Under the pieces are notes generated by a model. That model had not been told where the DNA came from. It worked only from the letters and a program-made list of their open reading frames with translations, and made no database searches. A DNA stretch of 23,150 bases from an uncultured Candidatus Poseidoniales archaeon (GTDB lineage Archaea; Thermoplasmatota; Poseidoniia; Poseidoniales; Thalassarchaeaceae): contig CAZXZO010000027.1 of NCBI GenBank assembly GCA_964645485.1, positions 1 to 23,150 of the forward strand. The letters run 5' to 3'. A program made the position numbers and the translations under genes. Below are positions 6,723 through 14,967 of the stretch, one piece after another (the first letter of the stretch is position 1; each line of letters begins with the position of its first letter).

Positions 6723-9413
6723 ATGGCAACACCGATGATGGAACAGTTTCATGCCATCAAGGCTGAACACCCAGATACTGTCTTATTTTTCCGAATGGGG
6801 GATTTTTATGAGATGTTTCATGAGGATGCGGTTTTGGCAAGTGATGTGCTTGGAATCACCCTGACAAGTCGGGAGAAGAATTCGGACAATCCAGTTCCAA
6901 TGGCCGGAGTACCATGGCACTCAGTGGAGGGATATTTGCAAAAAATGCTCAAGGCAGGGCACAAGGTCACACTTTGCGAACAAGAAGAGGAACTTCGTCC
7001 CGGTGAAAAACTACTCCAGAGGGTTGTGACTAGGGTTTACACCCCTGGCTCACTTTACGAAGAGAGTTTGATTGGTGAAGAATCTTCAGCATTGCTGTCA
7101 GCGGTGATTTTGCAGTCTGATTCTCTTGGTTGGTCGATAGTTGACCCGAGCACTGGGCGTGCTTGGGCTGGTGAATTTTCTGGTGCTGGCAGATTTGAAA
7201 GATTGCGCGATGAGTTGCTAAGATGGCAGCCCCGTGAGTTGGTGATGAGCCGCAACGATGCTTCTGCTGAAATGGTAAAATCAATTTTATCATCTGTTGA
7301 TGGTTTGACTTTGTCAACTCATGAAGTGCCTCGCAAAGGCCGGCTTACAAGTTTGAAATCGGTATTGGAAGTTGCTGATTTGGGTCATATTGACCTTGAT
7401 TCTAAACCTTTGGCGATGGAGGCTTGCGGGATGGCAACATCCTATCTTTCACGACTGCATCTGACTGCAACTGTGCCACTAAGAGACATTGAGTTCGCTG
7501 AAGAACAGCGTTACATGGTATTAGATGAGACAACTTTGAGAAATCTCGAAGTCACCCATACTCTAGGTGGTGATAAGCAGGGAAGTCTGCTTTCATCAAT
7601 TGATGCAACGCGAACTTGGATGGGACGTAGAATGCTTCGTCAGTGGCTGTTAATGCCGCTTCTTGACCGCCAAGAAATAGCCAAGCGGCATGGCGCAGTC
7701 ACCAGTTTAGTCAATGCAAATAGGCGACTACGAAATCTTCGTGAATCACTGAAGGGTGGTAGAGATTTGGAACGACTTTCAACTCGGCTCGCATATGGGC
7801 GAGCCAATGGCAGAGATCTAGCTGCAATTTCGGATGCACTTGCAAGACTACCTTCTCTGCATGCAATTCTTACCGAAGGTAGTGACGAACTTTTGTTGGA
7901 ATGTGCAGAAAATCTACTTGATTTGGATGAAATCCGCCTTCTCATTTCAGAAGCACTCAATGATGAATTACCGGTAACAATCCGAGAAGGCGGCTTGTTC
8001 AAGACAGGGTGGTCACAAAAACTCGATACCCATCGAAAAGCAGTGGCAGAGGGCAAAGAGTGGTTAGAAAATTTGGAGGTAGCAGAACGAGAGCGCCTTG
8101 AAATACCGCGCCTTAAAGTGAAGTATAATCGTCAGTTTGGTTACTTCATTGAAATCTCAAATGCACATCTAGACAAGGTGCCTGAAGAGTACACCAGAAG
8201 GCAGACATTGGTCAATGCAGAGCGATACATCACCGAGGAGTTGAAGGAAAAAGAAGAACTAATCCTCAATGCAAAAGGTCGGGGTAACGACTTAGAATAT
8301 GCACTTTTCAGGGAGTTGAGGGACCAAATTAAGGAACACTGCCAAGCACTTTCACAAATTGCTAGAAAAGTTGCCACAACAGATGTTCTTTGCTCATTAG
8401 CCCATCACGCGCGTCGGTTTGGCTGGACAAGGCCAGAGATGAGTGAGGATGACAAGTTGGACATTAAGGCAGGACGTCATCCGGTGTTAGAAGTGATGGA
8501 AGCATTTGTGCCTAATGATTTGACTTTTGACAAAAAGCGCCGATTTTTGTTGTTGACTGGGCCCAATATGGGCGGTAAGTCGACTTATCTTCGCCAGACT
8601 GCACTGATTTCAATACTAGCGCAGGCTGGCTCTTTCGTGCCAGCAGAAAGAGCGCGAATAGGTCTAGTTGACAGAGTTTTCACACGGGTTGGAGCCCATG
8701 ATGATATTCGTAGAGGGCGCTCAACTTTCATGGTTGAAATGATTGAGGTTGCACATATTCTCAGGCGAGCGACCGGGCGGTCGCTTGTTCTTCTTGATGA
8801 AATTGGCAGAGGGACTTCAACATTTGATGGCTTAGCAATTGCTTGGGCGGTCACAGAAGATGTCGCTAGTAGAGTTGGAAGCAGATGCTTATTCGCAACT
8901 CATTACCACCAACTCGTAGGATTGGAGGCTGAAATTGAAGGCTTGGTGAATGTCCATGTGCAGGTGGCCCAAAGTGGAGATGAACTGAAATTCTTGTACA
9001 CTGTGGCAGATGGGCCATGTGATGACTCGTATGGAGTTCAAGTAGCCGCTCTAGCAGGTTTACCGGTTCACGTTGTTGAAAGGGCACGCGATTTGTTACT
9101 CTTCTTGGAGGCTCAAGCAGAAGGAGCGAGAGCAGGCGAAGATGGTACACCGATTTCAAGAGATGTTGGACAATCATCATTATTTGGCTGGATGCTACCA
9201 AAGGGGGCTGGTGCAACTCCGGAAACGGAGGACACAGGCCCAGTTGACACTCAAGAGAGTCCTCTTGGAGCGAGGCTTGAGGCGACCGAAGCAGCAGCAT
9301 TAGCGAGGTTGGCTGAGATGGACCCGGATGCCATGTCTCCCCGAGAAGCAATGGATTTGGTTTACGAACTCAAAGGGATATTACGGGGTCAGCATGAGTG
9401 GCTTGAAGAATAA
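6723..9413 (+). CDS. mutS: DNA mismatch repair protein MutS (MutS1 type)
   Basis: TPMMEQF...FFRMGDFYEMF (Phe-X-Glu mismatch motif), Walker A TGPNMGGKSTYLRQ, STFMVEM, LDEIGRGTST, FATHYH and the HTH SYGVQVAALAGLP. Start is ATG 6723. Confidence 0.98.
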   Translation: MATPMMEQFHAIKAEHPDTVLFFRMGDFYEMFHEDAVLASDVLGITLTSREKNSDNPVPMAGVPWHSVEGYLQKMLKAGHKVTLCEQEEELRPGEKLLQRVVTRVYTPGSLYEESLIGEESSALLSAVILQSDSLGWSIVDPSTGRAWAGEFSGAGRFERLRDELLRWQPRELVMSRNDASAEMVKSILSSVDGLTLSTHEVPRKGRLTSLKSVLEVADLGHIDLDSKPLAMEACGMATSYLSRLHLTATVPLRDIEFAEEQRYMVLDETTLRNLEVTHTLGGDKQGSLLSSIDATRTWMGRRMLRQWLLMPLLDRQEIAKRHGAVTSLVNANRRLRNLRESLKGGRDLERLSTRLAYGRANGRDLAAISDALARLPSLHAILTEGSDELLLECAENLLDLDEIRLLISEALNDELPVTIREGGLFKTGWSQKLDTHRKAVAEGKEWLENLEVAERERLEIPRLKVKYNRQFGYFIEISNAHLDKVPEEYTRRQTLVNAERYITEELKEKEELILNAKGRGNDLEYALFRELRDQIKEHCQALSQIARKVATTDVLCSLAHHARRFGWTRPEMSEDDKLDIKAGRHPVLEVMEAFVPNDLTFDKKRRFLLLTGPNMGGKSTYLRQTALISILAQAGSFVPAERARIGLVDRVFTRVGAHDDIRRGRSTFMVEMIEVAHILRRATGRSLVLLDEIGRGTSTFDGLAIAWAVTEDVASRVGSRCLFATHYHQLVGLEAEIEGLVNVHVQVAQSGDELKFLYTVADGPCDDSYGVQVAALAGLPVHVVERARDLLLFLEAQAEGARAGEDGTPISRDVGQSSLFGWMLPKGAGATPETEDTGPVDTQESPLGARLEATEAAALARLAEMDPDAMSPREAMDLVYELKGILRGQHEWLEE

Positions 9414-9423
9414 ACATGGGTAG

Positions 9424-11412
9424 ATGCTGAAAATGGGTGAACAAGTCTCTGAGCAAGTGCCGCCTTCATCAATCATTCAACTAGATGACAAAACAATTGG
9501 ATTAATTGCGGCTGGTGAAGTTGTTGAAAGGCCAGCCCAAGTTGTCAAAGAATTGTTGGAAAATTCGGTTGATGCTGGTGCAACAAGAGTCAACTTGGAG
9601 ATTCAACGCGGCGGATTCGATTTGATATCAGTGACTGATAATGGTCACGGAATACCAGAGTCTCAACTAACTCTAGCAGTAACTCGTCACGCTACAAGCA
9701 AACTAACAGATGCATCCGATTTGGCAGCAATCGGAACTCTTGGATTCCGCGGCGAGGCTTTAGCAAGCATCGGCGCAGTGTCACATTTGAAGGTAGCAAG
9801 TAGGCCGAAATCTAGTGAAGGTAGGGCAATTATTGTTGAAGACGGAGAAGTCCTCAAACCAGAACCGGAGGGGATGGCTGAGGGCACAAAAATAGAGGTC
9901 AGAAATCTGTTCTCTAACCAACCGGCAAGACTTGCTTTTCAAAGAAGGCCAGCAACTGAAACCGCCCAAGTGGTGGATGTAGTAGTGTCACACGCACTTT
10001 GTGCTCCCCAAGTCTCTTTTCGACTAACTGTGGACGGACGGGCAATCCTTGAAACACCTGAAACCCAAGATATGCGAGACAGGCTTTACGATTTACTCGG
10101 GGCTTCTAGTGAGAAAATGATTCCACTGACATCTTCTGATGCAGATTTGGAAGCACCAGGTGGAGAGCGCTGGAGTGGTTGGATTTCACCACCGGATATT
10201 AGCCGAGGAAAATCAGATGATGTACACATCATCATCAATGGTAGGCCAGTTGCAGCACAACCATTTCTGCAATCAATCAAGCGCGGTTATCACACCAGAT
10301 TGATGGTGGGCAGGCATCCTGTCGTTGTTTTACTACTCGATTTACCTCCAGACGAAGTTGATGTCAATGTTCATCCAACTAAAAGAGAAGTGAGATTGAG
10401 AAATTCATGGCGTGTGCTAGAAAGATTGGAGAGAGCCATCAAGCATACGCTGAAACAAGTTCCAACAGGTGAAGCGCCAACTAGAGAGTTTCCGCTTGGG
10501 GCTGTTGACAGTGGAAAAAAGCAAGACCCTATCCCAACACCTAGCACAAGTGAGGTTCCAGCATGGGCGAAACCACCTGCAAAGGCAGAACCAACCCAAA
10601 CATCGTTTTACCAAGGTGCAAAATCAGATGCTAAAACAGAGGAAAAACCACGCCCCACCTCATCTTCTCCAGTTTTACAAGAGACACTTCCTGGTTTAGA
10701 AGATGCACCAACCGCTCCGGCTCTATCTAGTGCGGAAAGAGAATTACACCGGTACTCAAAGTCCGGCGTTTCTGTCTCACCGATTGATGAGCCTGAAACA
10801 GAGAGTCCGCCAGAAGTTGTAACTGATGTGCCAGCAATGGAACCATTAGCACAGTTCGCTGATTCGTATATTTTGGCCCAAGGTGAGGGGTGTTTGTACG
10901 TGGTTGACCAACACGCGCTACATGAGAGAGTTCGATATGAGAGACTCCGAAATAGCATGGCTAACTGGCAGTCCCAGCCGTTAATTGAGACAATATCTCT
11001 AGACCTAAACCCTGTTCAAAACTCAGTTGTAAATGCCTCGCGAGAGAGACTAGGGGACCTTGGTTTTGAGTTCACGGATGGAGACGAAAAACCCGCTTTA
11101 ACTTCCGTTCCAGTAATGCTTGCTGGCGATTCTAGATTGCAAGGATTTTTGATTGATTTGATTGCAGAATTGCAAGAATCAGGTGAAACCGGGCCACTGA
11201 ATGTTGCTGAAAATTTGGCTGATGAGATCGCTTTCATGAAGTCTTGTCGGGGCGCAGTGAAAGCGAATCAGGTGCTCTCTATTGCTGAGATGAGAAGGCT
11301 GTTAGCTGATATGTCAACAATTGAGAATCCATGGGCTTGTGTGCATGGGAGGCCAACTGTGATGAAATTAGATGTCAATACTCTTGACCATCACTTTGGC
11401 CGTCATGGCTGA
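9424..11412 (+). CDS. mutL: DNA mismatch repair endonuclease MutL
   Basis: GHKL motifs IAAGEVVERPA, KELLENSVDAGA, DNGHG, HATSK and GFRGEALASI; DVNVHPTKREV; endonuclease motifs DQHALHERVRYE, SCR and CVHGRP. It starts 10 nt after the mutS stop. Confidence 0.98.
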   Translation: MLKMGEQVSEQVPPSSIIQLDDKTIGLIAAGEVVERPAQVVKELLENSVDAGATRVNLEIQRGGFDLISVTDNGHGIPESQLTLAVTRHATSKLTDASDLAAIGTLGFRGEALASIGAVSHLKVASRPKSSEGRAIIVEDGEVLKPEPEGMAEGTKIEVRNLFSNQPARLAFQRRPATETAQVVDVVVSHALCAPQVSFRLTVDGRAILETPETQDMRDRLYDLLGASSEKMIPLTSSDADLEAPGGERWSGWISPPDISRGKSDDVHIIINGRPVAAQPFLQSIKRGYHTRLMVGRHPVVVLLLDLPPDEVDVNVHPTKREVRLRNSWRVLERLERAIKHTLKQVPTGEAPTREFPLGAVDSGKKQDPIPTPSTSEVPAWAKPPAKAEPTQTSFYQGAKSDAKTEEKPRPTSSSPVLQETLPGLEDAPTAPALSSAERELHRYSKSGVSVSPIDEPETESPPEVVTDVPAMEPLAQFADSYILAQGEGCLYVVDQHALHERVRYERLRNSMANWQSQPLIETISLDLNPVQNSVVNASRERLGDLGFEFTDGDEKPALTSVPVMLAGDSRLQGFLIDLIAELQESGETGPLNVAENLADEIAFMKSCRGAVKANQVLSIAEMRRLLADMSTIENPWACVHGRPTVMKLDVNTLDHHFGRHG

Positions 11413-11512
11413 ATGAGGTTGGTTGGGAAATCATCAATTTAATTTTGAAATTGGTGTAGATTCCCATTTATTTGATGGCGAAGTCTTGAATGGGGCCATC
11501 ATTTGCCAATAA

Positions 11513-11701
11513 ATGATGGAATCACGTATGCGGGTTCGAATAATTTTGAGTATAGTCTTATTTTTTCTATCCCTGGTCATAATTTTCAAACTAGAATCAG
11601 AGCCATTAGAGATAGTTATGACCATAATTTTGATGTTATTTGCTCTTTATCTCTTCTCTTGGTTATATCAAATAATTAGATTTCAATTCACAGATGAGTG
11701 A
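11513..11701 (+). CDS. Possible small two-TM membrane protein
   Basis: 62 aa with two clear hydrophobic helices, filling the gap between mutL and the convergent aroA stop. No recognisable family. Confidence 0.5.
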   Translation: MMESRMRVRIILSIVLFFLSLVIIFKLESEPLEIVMTIILMLFALYLFSWLYQIIRFQFTDE

Positions 11702-11703
11702 AT

Positions 11704-13014
11704 TTACAATTTGTTGATGAAATCAGGGTCTGAAACTTCATAGCAGTTTGGATGGGACAAAGTTGCACCGACTTTTGTTGCTAAACATGCTGCAGTCATC
11801 CAAAGTCGGTGGTCTGCATGAGTGTTGACAAGTTCATTTGGAGATGTTGGGATTTGTCCGCCTTCAATTTCTAGGCCATCTTCTGTAGGGGTAACGGTTA
11901 ATCCGAACTGTGCGAGCAGTTCGGAAGTTTTCTCAATCCGATTGGATTCCTTATGCCGTGCATGGCTAGCACCGGTTATTGTGCCACCTTTTCCTATAGC
12001 AAGAATTGCTGAAAGCGGTGGCACTAAATCGTTTGAATCGCGTAAATTTATTTTGAAATTTTCATCGTTCAAAATCATATCGTTATCTGTGCAAGTTGCC
12101 AAGATTTCAGCACCAAGTGAATCATCATCGGATGGTAAATTAGTTACTTCTACATCAATCTCGTGTAACGATTTATAGAGAATTGCAAAGGCTTCTAGAC
12201 TTCTGTCGCTCGGGATTTCTATTTCATCAGGGCATTCAACAACCCATGGTTTGAGATTGATGTGTTTGCGCCAATCCATTTGGTTTTTCGAACCGGTTTT
12301 TCGGGCTAATTCAAAAGAGAGTTGAGCATGTAATCGCGAAACTCCCTGACCTGCCAAGTTGACCCTAATTTTACTATCAAGTGCGGGCATTGAAAGGAGA
12401 AGGGATGAGAGAGGTTGGCTTGAGCGGGATATGTCAAGTGTCACCTCACCTGACTTCAGTGGGCCGTGAACTAAGTAGGGTAGAGACTCTAAACCCGTTC
12501 CATGGCTAACTTTCACATCAAGGTACTCTAAGATGTGCAGAAGAGTTTGTGAATGTCGCCTGCGTAATGTTTGGTCACCATCTAGCATTATTGGGTGATT
12601 TAGTCGGGCTACAGCGATGGTTAAGAGTCGGAGCGCAGTCCCTGAATTACCGCAATTTAAGACTGAAACTGGGCGTTTGTAGCCATCCACGCCCACTCCG
12701 GAAATTATCCATTGTGATTCCTTTTTTCCTATGTTAACACCTAGTTGCGTGAGACATCTTGCCATTGATTCAACATCATCACCTGGTGTTCCTGAGAAAT
12801 TTAGTTTGACATCTTTTGTTCCTTGAGATGCTAGCAGAAGCCAGCGAATCATGTGACTTTTTGATGGCGCTAGTTGCCATTGAATTGGCGAATTGATTTC
12901 TTTAGGTGCAATTCGAACAGAGCCGCCGGTTGCTTCTGTACCGGTGGCGGCATGATAAGGCTGCCAACTCTCAAGTCCACCCATTGTTCTCAAACCTGCG
13001 AAGAGGGTAGTCAT
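11704..13014 (-). CDS. aroA: 3-phosphoshikimate 1-carboxyvinyltransferase (EPSP synthase)
   Basis: PSKSHMIR, NCGNSGTALR, SSQPLSSLL, HKESNRI and HADHRLWM motifs. Confidence 0.9.
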   Translation of the reverse strand: MTTLFAGLRTMGGLESWQPYHAATGTEATGGSVRIAPKEINSPIQWQLAPSKSHMIRWLLLASQGTKDVKLNFSGTPGDDVESMARCLTQLGVNIGKKESQWIISGVGVDGYKRPVSVLNCGNSGTALRLLTIAVARLNHPIMLDGDQTLRRRHSQTLLHILEYLDVKVSHGTGLESLPYLVHGPLKSGEVTLDISRSSQPLSSLLLSMPALDSKIRVNLAGQGVSRLHAQLSFELARKTGSKNQMDWRKHINLKPWVVECPDEIEIPSDRSLEAFAILYKSLHEIDVEVTNLPSDDDSLGAEILATCTDNDMILNDENFKINLRDSNDLVPPLSAILAIGKGGTITGASHARHKESNRIEKTSELLAQFGLTVTPTEDGLEIEGGQIPTSPNELVNTHADHRLWMTAACLATKVGATLSHPNCYEVSDPDFINKL

Positions 13015-13044
13015 TCATGCCCTTTTGCCATAAATACAGAATTA

Positions 13045-13557
13045 TTAGGATGCTGATGGGAGACTTACTGCGAATATTTCGCCATTACTTCGCCCACCAC
13101 TTCCTTCAAACAGCATTCTGAATGTCCAGTCTCCGCTATCACTGCCAACTGTGGCGGCATCAATCACGAAGTAATCACCAGTATTGACAGTAAATCCAGC
13201 ATCTCGGTCTTGGAATGAAACATTTTGACCCGAGACGCCGTAGACATTTGCGTCAGATGTATAACCTGAAATTGCAATTGTGCTGACACTTTCAGGTGGG
13301 ATTAATTGAAACTTGCATTTGAAAGTTTCAACTTGAGCATTCATCTCGGTTATTGTCACTACTTGGTAGCCATTGTCAAGCATTCTAACACTGGCTTTAG
13401 CGACAGGCACGCCTTTGTTTGGCGCTTGTACACTAGATGACATCATCAAGTATACTGCACTAGTAAGTAGAACAGTAATTGCTAGGAGAAGAATGGTTGC
13501 AATGACTGGTGAAACCGCCTCGTTTGGCTCGCCATCCATTCTTCTTGCCCGATTCAT
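13045..13557 (-). CDS. Archaeal type IV pilin (class III signal peptide, DUF1628/archaeal pilin N-terminal type)
   Basis: Short charged leader, then EA|VSPVIATILLLAITVLLTSAVY hydrophobic helix and a beta-rich globular domain. Confidence 0.9.
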   Translation of the reverse strand: MNRARRMDGEPNEAVSPVIATILLLAITVLLTSAVYLMMSSSVQAPNKGVPVAKASVRMLDNGYQVVTITEMNAQVETFKCKFQLIPPESVSTIAISGYTSDANVYGVSGQNVSFQDRDAGFTVNTGDYFVIDAATVGSDSGDWTFRMLFEGSGGRSNGEIFAVSLPSAS

Positions 13558-13567
13558 CTTCCCACTC

Positions 13568-14371
13568 TCACGCGACTCTGTCCACTGTTTCAGGAGTTAT
13601 ACCTTCTTCGGCAGTTACTCGGTATGTGTAAACGCGAAGATTTTCAGGTGCATTACGGAATTTTCTAACAACCATTCTAGTTTCGAATGTGTTTGCAATC
13701 TGTTTGACTTCGAAGTCAAATACAATATCACAAATAAGGGATAATTCTCTTTGCACACTTTCTGGAATCGAACCGCTTGAGGCAGAAACCAATAGGACTC
13801 CACGATTTAACTGAGTATGTGCTTGCATAACTCGGATCAATGAGATTACTCTTCTAGCTTCGTTTCTTTGGAAAAAGAAATCGAGATTGTCAACAGCACA
13901 TCGGAAGAAAGGTCCAAGTGATGTGATTTGGCTTGCCATTGCAACGAGATAATCTGTTGAATCTTCCTCAACGAATCTTGTCTGAGCAAGCCTCTGAATA
14001 TCTTGCATTGTAAAGCCTTCAAGGCGGAATCTACTAGCTTCCATATCCTTCTCAAGTACCTGTTCGTTGTATTCTTCTCCAAGCGTTCTGACCTTGAGGT
14101 CTAGTGGCCATTCGTAGCGTCTAAAAACCTGCAAAATCTCGTTTTGGCTTTCTGCAGTTGAAATCAGAACAGTATTCGCAGGGTCCTCTGCTACTGATGT
14201 AAATTGCTTCATGAATAAATCCATTCCAGCACCTGGTTCACCGACGCAAAGAATAGTAAAACCACGCGGGATTCCACCTTTCATCATCTTGTCAAATTTT
14301 GGCGAACCAATGCTTGCAATTTCCCCAAAGAACTCAATATCTGAAGGGTCAAATTCGATACGTCGTGCCAA
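13568..14371 (-). CDS. KaiC/RAD55-like RecA-superfamily protein with a degenerate Walker A (probable pseudo-ATPase)
   Basis: FDKMMKGGIPRGFTILCVGEPGAGMDLF: the Walker A Lys-Thr is replaced by Met-Asp. Walker B-like CAVDNL, and C-terminal VRKFRN arginine finger. Confidence 0.88.
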   Translation of the reverse strand: MARRIEFDPSDIEFFGEIASIGSPKFDKMMKGGIPRGFTILCVGEPGAGMDLFMKQFTSVAEDPANTVLISTAESQNEILQVFRRYEWPLDLKVRTLGEEYNEQVLEKDMEASRFRLEGFTMQDIQRLAQTRFVEEDSTDYLVAMASQITSLGPFFRCAVDNLDFFFQRNEARRVISLIRVMQAHTQLNRGVLLVSASSGSIPESVQRELSLICDIVFDFEVKQIANTFETRMVVRKFRNAPENLRVYTYRVTAEEGITPETVDRVA

Positions 14372-14382
14372 AAATCATCACC

Positions 14383-14967
14383 TCAGGAAATTACTACCTG
14401 TCCCCGGTCTACCAAATCGGTGCAGTACAAGTCTAGGTTTGCGAGAACACTCGGAGGGGTTTGGTCAGGTACGGTTACTACTGCACTCAGTACATCACGG
14501 GCACGGAAGGTATTGATGAAAGTGTGAAGGTATTCAGCCAGCATTTTTTCTTCATTGTAAATTGCTAATGCGTTTACTGCATCTAGAATTACGAAATTTT
14601 GTTCAGTCGGCATTTGTCGTAAGTGAAACAAAGTCCTAAGAAGAACGTTCTCAAGCATAATTGGACTATCAATATAGGAAATATTGGTGTATTGGTTTTC
14701 GGTTCCACCCAATAATGCTGATGAGACGCAATCAATGAATTGGATGCCTTCAGTTGGAATCTCAATTTCTTGCAGAGTGGCAATTAGTTCAGGTGCCGGG
14801 CGGCTAGCAGAAATGTATACCCCGCCCATTTGAAATTCGTTTATGAGCGGCTCGATAAGTGAGGCTGTAACGAGAAATGAGTTACTTGAGCCGCATCGGA
14901 CCTGTAAGGAAGAATTCAATGTGATCTCTGTAAGTTGTTCAGCGATTCTCTGGTCTAACTCAATCAT
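14383..14967 (-). CDS. Truncated, inactive KaiC/RecA-fold protein (DUF835/DUF7504-like)
   Basis: It keeps the KaiC-like strand order GVYISASRP, IQFIDCVS and NFVILDAVNAL, but has no P-loop and no C-terminal arginine-finger hairpin. Its start overlaps the upstream stop (ATGA). Confidence 0.7.
   Translation of the reverse strand: MIELDQRIAEQLTEITLNSSLQVRCGSSNSFLVTASLIEPLINEFQMGGVYISASRPAPELIATLQEIEIPTEGIQFIDCVSSALLGGTENQYTNISYIDSPIMLENVLLRTLFHLRQMPTEQNFVILDAVNALAIYNEEKMLAEYLHTFINTFRARDVLSAVVTVPDQTPPSVLANLDLYCTDLVDRGQVVIS

Noticed and set aside
6563-6766. 67-aa ORF overlapping the mutS start
   Set aside because: It starts at TTG, has no recognisable motif and overlaps mutS out of frame. The region is better explained as promoter/leader.
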